Of a stretch of DNA of 64,000 nt, positions 7,805 to 17,392 are shown piece by piece. Source of the stretch: Myxococcota bacterium (GTDB lineage: Bacteria > Myxococcota_A > UBA9160 > JAFDDA01); the NCBI GenBank assembly GCA_965228475.1, contig OZ245817.1, forward strand, positions 2,144,001 through 2,208,000, read 5' to 3'. The notes beneath the pieces were generated by a model, which did no database searches, had not been told where the DNA came from, and was given only the letters and a program-made list of their open reading frames with translations. Each line of letters opens with the position of its first letter. Position 1 is the first letter of the stretch. The position numbers and the translations under genes were made by a program.

Positions 7805-9853
7805 TCAGGAATCCGCCGCCTTCGCCGCCTCCGCTTCTTGAACGATCTTCTCGCGCACCTGCGCCGGCGCCTCGTCGTAGTGGGAGAACTCCATGTGGAA
7901 GGCTCCCTGACCGCCGGTGATGCTGATGAGCGAGCTCTGATACTCGAGGATCTCGGCCATCGGGACCGACGCCTTCACGACGGTGGCGTGGCCGCGCGCC
8001 TCGGTGGACTGCACGCGCCCCCGCCGGCTCGAGAGGTCGCCCATGATGTCGCCGGTGAAGGCCTCGGGCGCCGTCACCTCGAGGTTCATGATCGGTTCGA
8101 GCAGGGCCGGCCGGGCGGCTTCCATCGCCGCGCGGAAGCCCATCGAGCCGGCGAGCTTGAAGGCCATCTCGTTCGAGTCCACGGAGTGGTGCTTGCCGTC
8201 GATGCAGCGCACGCGGACGTCGACCACGGGGTAGCCCGCGAGCGGTCCGCCGGACTCCATGGCCTCCCGCACGCCCTTCTCGACGGCGGGAATGAGCGCG
8301 CGCGGGATGGCCCCACCCACGATCTCATCCGAGAATTCGAAACCGGTTCCGCGTTCCATGGGCTCCACGGTCAGGAAGCAGACGCCGAACATGCCCTTGC
8401 CGCCCGTCTGCTTCTTCAGCTTGCCTTCGACGTTCTCCGCCTTGCGCGTGATGGTCTCGCGGTACGGCACCTTCGGGGTGGAGAGCTCGACCTCGACGTC
8501 GAACAGACGCCGGAGCTTCTCCACCGTCGTCCGGATGTGGAGCTCCCCCATTCCCGTGAGGAGGAACTCCCCCGTCGAGGCTTCGCGTGCGAGACGGAGA
8601 GTCGGATCCTCTTCCACGAGTCGGCCGAGCGAGGCGTGGACTTTATCCTCGTCCCCCTTGGATTTCGCGTGGATGGCGTAGGAAAGCACGCCCTCGGGAA
8701 TGGTGATCTCGGGCAGCCGCGCGCCCCCCTTCTCGGCCGTCAGGCTGTTGCCCGTGTGGACGCCCTTGAGCTTCGCGATGGCGACGATGTCCCCGGGGCC
8801 GGCGTCGCCGGTCTCCGCGTGCTCGCTGCCCTGGACCCGCAGAAGCTTCCCGAGGCGGACCTTCTCCCCCGTCGTGGCATCGAGAACGGGGCTGTCGCCG
8901 CGGAGGGTCCCCGAGACCACCCGCACGAAGGAGAGCGAGCCGGCGTAGCGGTCGAGGGTGGTCTTGAAGACCTGGGCGGTGAGGGGGGCTTCGGCCTCGG
9001 GGGAAAGCTCCAGGAGGTCGTCGGCCTCCATGGCCTGGGCCGCGCGCGGGCCGCGATCGACGGGCGAGGGCAGGAGACCCCCGACGGCCGCGAGCAGGTC
9101 GCCCACGCCGATCTCCTTCGTGGCCGACCCGCAGAGCACGGGCAGGACCTGGCCGGCGTGGACGCCGAGGACCAGCCCACGCATGGTCTCGTCCGGCGTG
9201 AGGTCGCCTTCCTCGAGGTACTTCTCGAGCAGGTCGTCGTCGCATTCCGCCGCGGCTTCGACCATGCGCTCGTGCGCCCGCTGGGCCTCGGCTTCGAGCT
9301 CGGCCGGGACGTTCTTCATGTCGAGCAGGTTCACGACGCCCTTGAAGCCCTCGCCGCTTCCGACCGGGAGGACGACGGGGACGGGATTCACCTCCAGCCC
9401 GCGCAGGGATTCGATCGCGGTCTCGAAGTCCGCGCGGTCGGAGTCCATGCCGTTCACGAAGGCGAGGCACGCGACGTCGGCTTCGCGGGCCGCCCGGAGC
9501 ATGCGGTCGGTCCCGACCTTCACGCCGTCGACGGCGGAGACCACGAGGATCGCGCCGTCGAGCGCGGCGAGGGCGACCAGGCCGTCGGCCTGGAAGTTCG
9601 GGTCGCCGGGGGTGTCGACCAGGGTGAGGGGCCGGCCTTCGTGCTCGAAGCTGAAGACCTTGGAGGAGAGCGTGTGGCGGGTGTGGCCGTCCTTCTCCTC
9701 GGGAAGGGTGTCGAGGTGGGACGTTCCCTCGTCCACCACCCCGAGCTTCGGCGTCGCTCCGGCGGTATGGAGGATGGCCTCGCCGAGCGAGGTCTTGCCA
9801 TCGTGGGAATGCCCGATCAGGGCGAAGTTCCGGACGTCGGCGGCTCGGGTCAT
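7805..9853 (-). CDS. fusA: Elongation factor G paralogue (EF-G2-like)
   Basis: RNFALIGHSHDGKTSL, DTPG, GMGELH, PKVPYRETI, KKQTGGKG, HSVDSNEMAFKLAGS and LLEPIM. ATG at 9853 overlaps the coaX stop. Confidence 0.88.
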   Translation of the reverse strand: MTRAADVRNFALIGHSHDGKTSLGEAILHTAGATPKLGVVDEGTSHLDTLPEEKDGHTRHTLSSKVFSFEHEGRPLTLVDTPGDPNFQADGLVALAALDGAILVVSAVDGVKVGTDRMLRAAREADVACLAFVNGMDSDRADFETAIESLRGLEVNPVPVVLPVGSGEGFKGVVNLLDMKNVPAELEAEAQRAHERMVEAAAECDDDLLEKYLEEGDLTPDETMRGLVLGVHAGQVLPVLCGSATKEIGVGDLLAAVGGLLPSPVDRGPRAAQAMEADDLLELSPEAEAPLTAQVFKTTLDRYAGSLSFVRVVSGTLRGDSPVLDATTGEKVRLGKLLRVQGSEHAETGDAGPGDIVAIAKLKGVHTGNSLTAEKGGARLPEITIPEGVLSYAIHAKSKGDEDKVHASLGRLVEEDPTLRLAREASTGEFLLTGMGELHIRTTVEKLRRLFDVEVELSTPKVPYRETITRKAENVEGKLKKQTGGKGMFGVCFLTVEPMERGTGFEFSDEIVGGAIPRALIPAVEKGVREAMESGGPLAGYPVVDVRVRCIDGKHHSVDSNEMAFKLAGSMGFRAAMEAARPALLEPIMNLEVTAPEAFTGDIMGDLSSRRGRVQSTEARGHATVVKASVPMAEILEYQSSLISITGGQGAFHMEFSHYDEAPAQVREKIVQEAEAAKAADS

Positions 9854-10674
9854 GCTTCGTTCTCCTTGCGTGCCTCCCCGGGTTCGGGGCGGTTCTTCTC
9901 GAACAGGATCCGCAGGCCCTCGAGCGTGAGGAAGGGCTCCACGCGCTCGATGGTCTCGGTCTCGGTGGAAATGCGCGCCGCCAGTCCCCCCGTGGCGAGG
10001 ACGCGCATCTCGTTGCCGAGCTCTTCGCGGATGCGTTCGACCATGGCGTCCACCATGCCGGCGTACCCGAAGAGCAGGCCGGACTGGAGGGAGGCGGTGG
10101 TCGTTCGCCCGATGACGGATTTGGGCCGCGCGATCTCGACGCGGTGGAGCATGGAGGCGCGCTCGAAGAGGGCCTCCATGGAGATGTGGATCCCCGGGAA
10201 GATGGCGCCGCCGAGGTATTCGCCCTTCTCGGAGACGCAATCGAAGGTGGTGGCCGTGCCGAAATCGACGGCGACGACCGGACCGCCCATCAGCGAGAAG
10301 GCGGCGACGGAGTTCACGATGCGGTCCGCCCCGACCTCGCGGGGATTCTCGTAGCGCACCGGCATCCCGGTCTTGATGCCGGGGCCGACGACCATCGGCG
10401 CCGTGTCGAAGAGCTTCGTTCCGACGCGCTCCCAGATCGGGAGGAGCGGCGGCACGACGCTCGAGATCATCACGTTCGTGACCTCGTCGATGTCGCGCCC
10501 GGCTTGCTGGAAGAGGGCGTTCAGCGCGATCGCGACCTCGTCCGAGGTCTGCTCCCGGCGCGTGCCGATGCGCCAGTGGTGCGACAGCACGGCCTCCTCG
10601 TCGCGGTAGTCGAAGATGCCGAGCGAGACGTTGGTGTTGCCGACGTCGATGACGAGCAGGCAGGTCCGGGTCAT
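9850..10674 (-). CDS. coaX: Type III pantothenate kinase
   Basis: LLVIDVGNTN, ISSVVP, NPREVGADR, VDFGTATTFD and ATGG. Confidence 0.95.
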   Translation of the reverse strand: MTRTCLLVIDVGNTNVSLGIFDYRDEEAVLSHHWRIGTRREQTSDEVAIALNALFQQAGRDIDEVTNVMISSVVPPLLPIWERVGTKLFDTAPMVVGPGIKTGMPVRYENPREVGADRIVNSVAAFSLMGGPVVAVDFGTATTFDCVSEKGEYLGGAIFPGIHISMEALFERASMLHRVEIARPKSVIGRTTTASLQSGLLFGYAGMVDAMVERIREELGNEMRVLATGGLAARISTETETIERVEPFLTLEGLRILFEKNRPEPGEARKENEA

Positions 10675-11729
10675 GAGGCTCCACCTGGGAGCCCTGAGGC
10701 TCCCCCTGGGCTTGGCGCGGAAGCCTCGGCAGCGGGGGGCCGCGCCGAGAGCGTCACGTCGCCAGCGAGGACGCGTTCGATCCGACCGTCGGCGCGGGCC
10801 ACGAGCAGGGCGCCGTCGTGGTCGATGCCACGGGCTTCGCCGTGAAGCTCCGGGCCGTCGAGGTCGCGCACCCGGACGGACTGGCCGGCCATGGCGAAGC
10901 GCGCCTCGAAGCGCGGCCGCACGGCGTCGAAACCGCCGGCGGCGTGAAGGTCGAGCACGTCCTCGAGGCCGCCGTAGAGCGTCCGGGCAAAGGTGGCGCG
11001 GTCGACGGCGGCGCCGGAGAAGCCGCGCAGGCTCGTGGCGGTGGCGCGGAACTCCTCGGGGAACTCCGCCGGGTCCACGTTGAGGTTCACGCCGATGCCG
11101 AGCACCAGGTAGGCCACGCGGGCCGCCTCGGAAGCCATCTCCATGAGGATGCCGCAGGTCTTCTTGCCCCCGAGCAGGACGTCGTTCGGCCACTTGATGC
11201 GAACGGCCTCGTCGTCACCCACGGTGGCGGCCACGGCTTCGGCCACGGCCACGGCGGCCGAGAGCACGACGGTGGGCGCCTCGGCGATCAGCATGTCCGG
11301 GCGCAGGACGATCGAGGTGTAGAGATTCGTTCCGGCCGGGGAGTAGAAGGATCGGCCGTGGCGGCCGCGCCCGGCGCCCTGGGCTTCGGCGACGACGACG
11401 GTGCCGTGGGGCGCACCGGCGCGGGCGCGCTCGTGGGCCTCGTCGTTGGTCGAGCCGATCTCTTCGAACCAGTGGATCTCGGTTCCGAGCCAGCGGGCTT
11501 CGAGGCCCGCCTGGATCTCTTCGGCGTAGAGCCGGTCCGGCGCTCCGGCGAGCGAATAGCCGCCTCCCGGTTCGCCGCCGATCTCGTAGCCGAGCTTGCG
11601 GAGGGCCTCGACGTTCTTCCAGATCTGGTTTCGCGAGACGCCGAGGGCCTCGGAGAGGGTGGCGCCGGAGCACGGCTGCCCGCCTTCGCGGCGCAGGAGG
11701 TCGAGAACGCGCGCCGCGCCCGGATTCAT
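10671..11729 (-). CDS. birA: Bifunctional biotin ligase / biotin repressor (N-terminal HTH)
   Basis: SGATLSEALGVSRNQIWK HTH, GSTNDEA, QGAGRGRHGRSFYSP and KWPND. Confidence 0.95.
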   Translation of the reverse strand: MNPGAARVLDLLRREGGQPCSGATLSEALGVSRNQIWKNVEALRKLGYEIGGEPGGGYSLAGAPDRLYAEEIQAGLEARWLGTEIHWFEEIGSTNDEAHERARAGAPHGTVVVAEAQGAGRGRHGRSFYSPAGTNLYTSIVLRPDMLIAEAPTVVLSAAVAVAEAVAATVGDDEAVRIKWPNDVLLGGKKTCGILMEMASEAARVAYLVLGIGVNLNVDPAEFPEEFRATATSLRGFSGAAVDRATFARTLYGGLEDVLDLHAAGGFDAVRPRFEARFAMAGQSVRVRDLDGPELHGEARGIDHDGALLVARADGRIERVLAGDVTLSARPPAAEASAPSPGGASGLPGGAS

Positions 11730-12622
11730 GCCGCCACACCTCCAGTCGGCCGCGCCTCTTCCTGGCTCGGGGAGCTCATCTCGAGGGCGACGTCCGCGAC
11801 CGGCGCCGAGTGCGTGAGCGCGCCGATCGAGATGCGATGCACGCCGGTCTCGGCGTAGGCCCGGACGTTCTCGAGCGTGATGCCGCCCGACGCCTCGAGC
11901 GTGATGCGGTCGCCGAGGGCTTCCACGATCGCGCGGATCTGGTCGGGGGTCTGGTTGTCGAGCAGGAGGGAGTCCGCACCGGCATCGGCGGCCGCCCGAG
12001 CATCCGCGAGGGACTCGACTTCGACCTGGAGGTGGAGGCCCTCGGCGGCTCCGGCGCGGGCCGCGCGGGTCGCCGCCGGGACGCCGCCGGCCGCGGCGAC
12101 GTGGTTGTCCTTCACCAGGAGCGCGTCGAAGAGGCCCATCCGGTGGTTCGTGCCGCCACCGGCCGCGACGGCGTACTTGTCGAGCACGCGCCAGCCCGGG
12201 AGGGTCTTGCGCGTGTCGACGATGGCGGTGCCCGTCCCGGCCACGGCGTCGACGTAGTGACGGGTCTCGGTGGCGATGCCGCACAGGCGGCCGAGGAAGT
12301 TGAGCGCCGTCCGCTCCCCGGAGAGCAGGGAGGTCACGGGCCCCTCGAGGCGGGCCAGGACCTGGCCGGGCTCGGCGGCCTCGCCTTCCTCGCACGCCGC
12401 GGCGCATCGCACCGCGGGGTCGACCTCGCGAAAGACGGCGGCGGCCAGCGGCAAGCCACAGGCGACCAGTGCGCAGCGCGCTTCGATGACGGCATGGCCC
12501 CGGGCATCGGCCGGGAGCACGGCGAGGGAGGTGGCGTCGCCCGGGCCGAGGTCTTCCGCCAGGGCCCGCTCGAGGAGCGGGAGCCAGGTCGCTTCGGCCG
12601 GGAAGGGCGGTCGCGTGCTCAT
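11726..12622 (-). CDS. nadC: Nicotinate-nucleotide pyrophosphorylase (quinolinate phosphoribosyltransferase)
   Basis: AEDLGPGDATS, ERTALNFL, DTRKTLPG, NHRMGLFD.LLVKDNH, LLLDN and EASGGI. Confidence 0.96.
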   Translation of the reverse strand: MSTRPPFPAEATWLPLLERALAEDLGPGDATSLAVLPADARGHAVIEARCALVACGLPLAAAVFREVDPAVRCAAACEEGEAAEPGQVLARLEGPVTSLLSGERTALNFLGRLCGIATETRHYVDAVAGTGTAIVDTRKTLPGWRVLDKYAVAAGGGTNHRMGLFDALLVKDNHVAAAGGVPAATRAARAGAAEGLHLQVEVESLADARAAADAGADSLLLDNQTPDQIRAIVEALGDRITLEASGGITLENVRAYAETGVHRISIGALTHSAPVADVALEMSSPSQEEARPTGGVAA

Positions 12623-12741
12623 CAGGCCCCCAGTCTACCAGCCCCGGCGCGGGCGCGAGCGCTTTCGGAGGCCGGCGGGGAGGCGGCGAGCGGGACGCAG
12701 AAGAGAGCGAAAGGGCGCCGGGTGGCGAGGGCGCGGTCTCG

Positions 12742-15402
12742 CTAGGCGACGAGGGCGCGGAGTCGTTCGAGGCGCTGCCCGAGGGCGGCGGCTTCCTCTT
12801 CGAGGTCTTCGTGCTTCTCGCGTTCGCCCTCGACCACCTCGGGCTTCGCGCGTTCGAGGAACTTCGGGTTGTCGAGCTTGCGCGCCACGAAGGCGAGGTC
12901 CTTGGCCACGGTCTTCTGGCGCTTCTCGAGCCGCTTCACCTCGTCCTGCAGGAAGCGCGGGTCGTCGAGCTCGACGGCGACGGAGAACCCGCCGGCGCGG
13001 ACGACGGCCGCCGTCTCCGGCAGGGCGTCGTCGCTGAAGCGCCAGGACTCGGCCCGGAGCAGCGAGCGCAGCCCGGCTTCGTGCCGCGAGACGAGGGCTT
13101 CGAGCTCCGTCGGGAAGATCACGCGAATGGCCTGCTGCGGGGCGAGCCCGAGTTCGCCGCGGATCTGGCGCACGCGCGAGACGATCTCGGTGAAGGTCTC
13201 CATCTCCTGCGCTTCGTCGGCGTCGAGCCGCTGGCCGAGGCGGGGCCAGAGCTCGGAGAGTTCGGCGAAGCGGTGCTCGAGCACCGTGCGGTCCGCCGAG
13301 CCGGGCAGGGCGCGGAAGATCTCCTCGGTGATGAAGGGCATGGTGGGATGGAGGGCGACGAGCGAGCCCGAGAGCACGGCGACGAGCGTGTCCTGGGTCG
13401 CCGTGCGCGCGGCGGCCTCCTCGCCGTGGAGGCTCTGCTTCGCCAGCTCGATGTACCAGTCGCACAGCTCGCCCCAGACGAACTGGTAGAGGCCGCTGGC
13501 CGCGTCGTTGAAGCGGTACTCCTCGATCGAGTGCTTGTACTGCGCGAGGGCCTCGTCGAAGCGGGTCGTGATCCAGCGGTCGTAGAGGTTGCCCTCCGCC
13601 TCGGCGGAGGCGCCGCCGGGGGCGTAGCCTTCGAGGTTCAACAGGCCGAAGCGGGCGGCGTTCCAGAGCTTGGTCACGAAGGTTCGGCCGGTCGAGAGCT
13701 GTGCTTCGCCGAGCTTGATGTCGCGGCCCTGGGCGGTCAGCGCCGTCAGCGTGTAGCGGAGGGCATCCGTGCCGTGCGCGGACATCAGCTCGATCGGGTC
13801 GATCACGTTGCCCTTCGACTTCGACATCTTCTTTCCCTCCGCGTCGCGCACGAGCGGGTGGATGTAGACGTCGCGGAAGGGGACCTCCTTCATGAAGTGC
13901 ATGCCGAGCATCATCATGCGGGCGACCCAGAAGAAGATGATGTCGAAGCCCGTCGAGAGGACGGAGGTCGGGTAGAAGCGCTCGAGCTCGGGCGTGTCGT
14001 CGGGCCAGCCGAGGGTCGAGAAGGGCCAGAGCCCGCTCGAGAACCAGGTGTCGAGGACGTCGTTCTCCTGCTCGAGATCTTCGCTGCCGCACGCGTGACA
14101 GTGCGCGGCGTCCTCGACGGAGACCGTCCAGTCGTTGCAGGATCTGCAGCGCCAGGCCGGGATGCGATGGCCCCACCAGAGCTGCCGGGAGATGGTCCAG
14201 TCCCGGATGTTCTCGAGCCAGTGGAAGTAGGTGTTCTCCCAGCTCTTCGGGTGAAAGGTCGTGCGGCCGTCGCGGACGGCGGCGAGCGCCGGCTCGGCCA
14301 GCGGCTTCATGCGCATGAACCACTGGTCCGAGAGCAGGGGCTCCACGACCGTGTGGCAGCGGTCGCAGTGGGGCACCTCGTGGGCGTGCGGCTCGCTCCC
14401 GACGAGGGCGCCTTCGCGCTCGAGATCCTCGACGACGCGCACGCGGCCCTCGGCGGCGGGCAGGTTCGCGTAGGCGCCGGCGTTGTCGTTCAGCCGGCCA
14501 TCCGGGTGCAGCAGGTTGATCGCCTCGAGGCCGTGGCGGCGGCCACACTCGAAGTCGTTCGGGTCGTGGCCGGGCGTCACCTTCACGGCGCCCGAACCGT
14601 ACTCGGGGTCGACGAAGTCGTCGGCGATGATCGGGATCTCGCGCCCGACCAGCGGCAGACGGACCCGCCGGCCGACGAGCTCGCGGTACCGCTCGTCTTC
14701 GGGGTGCACCGCGACGGCGGTGTCGCCGAGCATGGTCTCGGGCCGGGTCGTCGCCACCTCGATGGCCCCCTCGCCGTCGACGAAGGGGTATCGGATCGAC
14801 CACAGGTGGCCCGCGGTGGATTGGTGCGGACTCTCGAGGTCGGAGAGCACCGTGGTGCAGCGCGGGCACCAGTTGACGAGCGACTCGCCGCGGTAGATCA
14901 GTCCTTCGTGGTAGAGCCGGACGAAGGCCTCGCGCACGGCGCGCGAGAGGCCCGGATCCATGGTGAAGCGCTCCCGGCGCCAGTCGCAGGAGGCGCCGAG
15001 GGCCTGGAGCTGCTCGATGATCCGCGCGCCGGACTGGCCCTTCCACTCCCAGACGCGGTCGACGAAGGCCTCGCGCCCGAGGTCGTGGCGCGTCTTGCCC
15101 TCCTTGCCGATCTCGCGTTCGACGACGACCTGCGTCGCGATGCCGGCGTGGTCCGTGCCCGGGAGCCAGAGCACGTTCTTGCCGTCGATCCGGTGGTGGC
15201 GGGCGAGCAGGTCCTGGAGGGTGTTGTTCAGGGCGTGGCCGAGGTGAAGCGTGCCGGTGACGTTCGGCGGCGGGATCACCATCGAGAACATCGGGCGCTC
15301 GTCGCCCGCATCGGCGTCGAACAGGTTGCGCTCGCGCCAGGTGGCGTACCACTTGGACTCGACCGGTCTCGGGTCGAAACGTTTCGGAAGGGCTTCGGTC
15401 AC
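12742..15402 (-). CDS. valS: Valine--tRNA ligase
   Basis: PPPNVTGTLHLGH, GTDHAGIATQ, ISRQLWWGHRIP, KMSKS and a C-terminal coiled coil. Confidence 0.98.
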   Translation of the reverse strand: MTEALPKRFDPRPVESKWYATWRERNLFDADAGDERPMFSMVIPPPNVTGTLHLGHALNNTLQDLLARHHRIDGKNVLWLPGTDHAGIATQVVVEREIGKEGKTRHDLGREAFVDRVWEWKGQSGARIIEQLQALGASCDWRRERFTMDPGLSRAVREAFVRLYHEGLIYRGESLVNWCPRCTTVLSDLESPHQSTAGHLWSIRYPFVDGEGAIEVATTRPETMLGDTAVAVHPEDERYRELVGRRVRLPLVGREIPIIADDFVDPEYGSGAVKVTPGHDPNDFECGRRHGLEAINLLHPDGRLNDNAGAYANLPAAEGRVRVVEDLEREGALVGSEPHAHEVPHCDRCHTVVEPLLSDQWFMRMKPLAEPALAAVRDGRTTFHPKSWENTYFHWLENIRDWTISRQLWWGHRIPAWRCRSCNDWTVSVEDAAHCHACGSEDLEQENDVLDTWFSSGLWPFSTLGWPDDTPELERFYPTSVLSTGFDIIFFWVARMMMLGMHFMKEVPFRDVYIHPLVRDAEGKKMSKSKGNVIDPIELMSAHGTDALRYTLTALTAQGRDIKLGEAQLSTGRTFVTKLWNAARFGLLNLEGYAPGGASAEAEGNLYDRWITTRFDEALAQYKHSIEEYRFNDAASGLYQFVWGELCDWYIELAKQSLHGEEAAARTATQDTLVAVLSGSLVALHPTMPFITEEIFRALPGSADRTVLEHRFAELSELWPRLGQRLDADEAQEMETFTEIVSRVRQIRGELGLAPQQAIRVIFPTELEALVSRHEAGLRSLLRAESWRFSDDALPETAAVVRAGGFSVAVELDDPRFLQDEVKRLEKRQKTVAKDLAFVARKLDNPKFLERAKPEVVEGEREKHEDLEEEAAALGQRLERLRALVA

Positions 15403-15510
15403 GGGAGGCGGAGTCTACCGGACGCCGCGGGCCGCTGCCCTCGAACGGTGCCGCTGGACAGGGCCTGGAAGGGATGGCACGGAGGGAACGGTCGCCCGTT
15501 CCCTCCGGCG

Positions 15511-17220
15511 CTATTCCTCTTCGCTGCCCGCCTTCATGCGCTCGATCTCTTCGCGCACGAGGGTCTCGGCCATCTTCGGGATGACCTCCCAGGCGACGGC
15601 TTCGATCTGGGCGAGGGCCTGCTTGACGACCTGCTCCGAGAGGTCGCTGAAGGCCTCCCAGGCGACCTTCTCGAGGCTCGCGTGGATCTGCTGCTGGAAC
15701 CCGGGCGGGAGTTCGGTCCCGGTGCCGTCGGAGACGGCGCTCGGGCTCGGCTCGGCCGGCGTCTCGGGCTCGTTCGTGCCGTGCGGCGGGACGTCGGCCG
15801 GCGCCTGGACGCGGAGCGGATCGGCGTCTTCGACGACCCTCGTCGTGTCCTCGCCACCCGTGGCTTCGGCCTCGGGGGCCGGGTCGGCGACGAGCTGGGT
15901 CGGCTCGACGTCGAAGCGTTCCGCCCCAGCCGGGTCGATCTGGATCGCCTCGCCGCGCTGGGCGTCGTCGAAACCTTCGCCCACGCCCATGCCCACGCCG
16001 TTGCCCACGGGCTCGGAGACGGGGACCACCTGGGTCGCATCGAGGTCCGCCCCGGCGGGCTCGGCCGTTTCGGGCTGGGCCACCGGCGGGGTTCCGCCCG
16101 CGGCGGGGCCGGCGAGATCGAAGCTCACGAGCGGGTCCGTCGCGTCGGGCGAGGGCGTCGCCGCCGGCGGCTCCGTTCCCAACGGTGCTTCCGCCGCCAT
16201 GGCGGCGTCGAGATCCTTCACGGCCGGCGCGCTCGGCGTCGCCTCGACCGCAGGGGCGGGCTCTGCGTCGACCGCGGGAGCGGGATCCGGGGTCTCGGAG
16301 GCGGGCGCAGCGTCGAGGTCGGTGACCTGGGGCGGGCTCGCCATGGAGAAGGTGAGGTCGGGCGCGGGCGGCGCCACTTCCGGGACCGTGCTGGCCATCG
16401 AAAGGTCCGCCGTCTCGATGTCGAAGCCGCTGTCGCCGCCGACGGTCAGGTCACCGCCGCCGGAAAGCTCGTCGGCGTCGTCGACGTCGTCGCCGTCGTC
16501 AGGATCGGCGAAAGAGCGTTCGCCCGGCGCGTCGAAGGCCGCCGCCTCGACGGCCGCGTCGAAGGCCGGATCCTCGGCCGTCTGGCTGCCGTCGAGCAGG
16601 ACCGTCTCGTCGGCGTGCCCCGGCGAAACGCTCGGGCCCGAGTCGCTCATCAGGTCCGCGCCGCCGAAGGGCGAGGTTTCCTCCGGAGCGCTGGCCGCGC
16701 TCGGAGCCGAAGAGGCTTCCTGGCCGTTTCCGCCGGACGCGCCGCCGGCGCCGGCGAAGAAGTCGAAGGCCGCGCCGCCCTGGTTGGCCGGCGTCTGGGC
16801 CGCGGCGGGCGGAGCGTCGATCTTCGCGGCGGCGTCGTCGCCCATCGGCGTCGACCGGGCGAGGAGCTGGTTCACCTGATCGACGAGGGCCTGGGCCTCG
16901 AAGGGCTTCGTGATGTGTCCGTCGGCACCGGCCTGGCGGGCCCGCTCGGCGTCGAAGGCTTCGAAGGTCCCCGTCAGGAGGAGCACGGGCATCTGCGCCA
17001 GGCTCGGGTCGCCCTTCAGGGCTTCGCAGACCTCGTAGCCGTTCTTCCCGGGCATCACGATGTCGGCCAGGACGATGTCCGGCCGCAGCTCCTGGGCGCG
17101 CGACACGGCATCGTCGCCGTTGTCCACCGTCACGAGCTCGATGTCCTCGTTGGCGAGACTGATCCCGACCACCTTCTGAATCGTCACACTGTCGTCCGCA
17201 AGCAGCAGGGTCTTGGGCAT
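15511..17220 (-). CDS. romR: RomR-like polarity response regulator (receiver, acidic/Pro-rich linker, RomR C-terminal helix)
   Basis: Receiver MPKTLLLADDSVTIQKVV..GTFEAFD..KPFE. C-terminal AVAWEVIPKMAETLVREEIER. Adjacent to valS, as in myxobacteria. Confidence 0.88.
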   Translation of the reverse strand: MPKTLLLADDSVTIQKVVGISLANEDIELVTVDNGDDAVSRAQELRPDIVLADIVMPGKNGYEVCEALKGDPSLAQMPVLLLTGTFEAFDAERARQAGADGHITKPFEAQALVDQVNQLLARSTPMGDDAAAKIDAPPAAAQTPANQGGAAFDFFAGAGGASGGNGQEASSAPSAASAPEETSPFGGADLMSDSGPSVSPGHADETVLLDGSQTAEDPAFDAAVEAAAFDAPGERSFADPDDGDDVDDADELSGGGDLTVGGDSGFDIETADLSMASTVPEVAPPAPDLTFSMASPPQVTDLDAAPASETPDPAPAVDAEPAPAVEATPSAPAVKDLDAAMAAEAPLGTEPPAATPSPDATDPLVSFDLAGPAAGGTPPVAQPETAEPAGADLDATQVVPVSEPVGNGVGMGVGEGFDDAQRGEAIQIDPAGAERFDVEPTQLVADPAPEAEATGGEDTTRVVEDADPLRVQAPADVPPHGTNEPETPAEPSPSAVSDGTGTELPPGFQQQIHASLEKVAWEAFSDLSEQVVKQALAQIEAVAWEVIPKMAETLVREEIERMKAGSEEE

Positions 17221-17267
17221 GGTCCCCCCCGGAAGACCGGCGTTGCCGGTGTTTGAGCCCTGTGGTC

Positions 17268-17295
17268 TCATCGACGGGGCTCGCCGGCGAATTTA
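17268..17295 (-). promoter_or_regulatory. Candidate sigma-28 promoter for romR
   Basis: Minus strand TAAA-N16-GTCGATGA. Confidence 0.5.
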
Positions 17296-17346
17296 ACGGT
17301 TTTTGCGCGCTCCTGAGCGGCTCTTGCCGGGGGCGGGCCGGCCGCG

Positions 17347-17374
17347 TCAAGTCACGCAAGTGCGCGGCCGATGG
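17347..17374 (+). promoter_or_regulatory. Candidate sigma-28 promoter for the PP2C phosphatase
   Basis: TCAA(GT)-N16-GCCGATGG, ending 18 nt before the ATG. Confidence 0.55.
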
Positions 17375-17392
17375 ACTCTTCAGGAGCTCCTC

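Noticed and set aside
7805..12407. Apparent N-terminal extensions on EF-G, CoaX and BirA in the ORF track (also NfeD, HflC, PilT)
   Set aside because: The extensions are off-frame translations of the upstream gene; the real starts overlap or closely follow the upstream stop codons.
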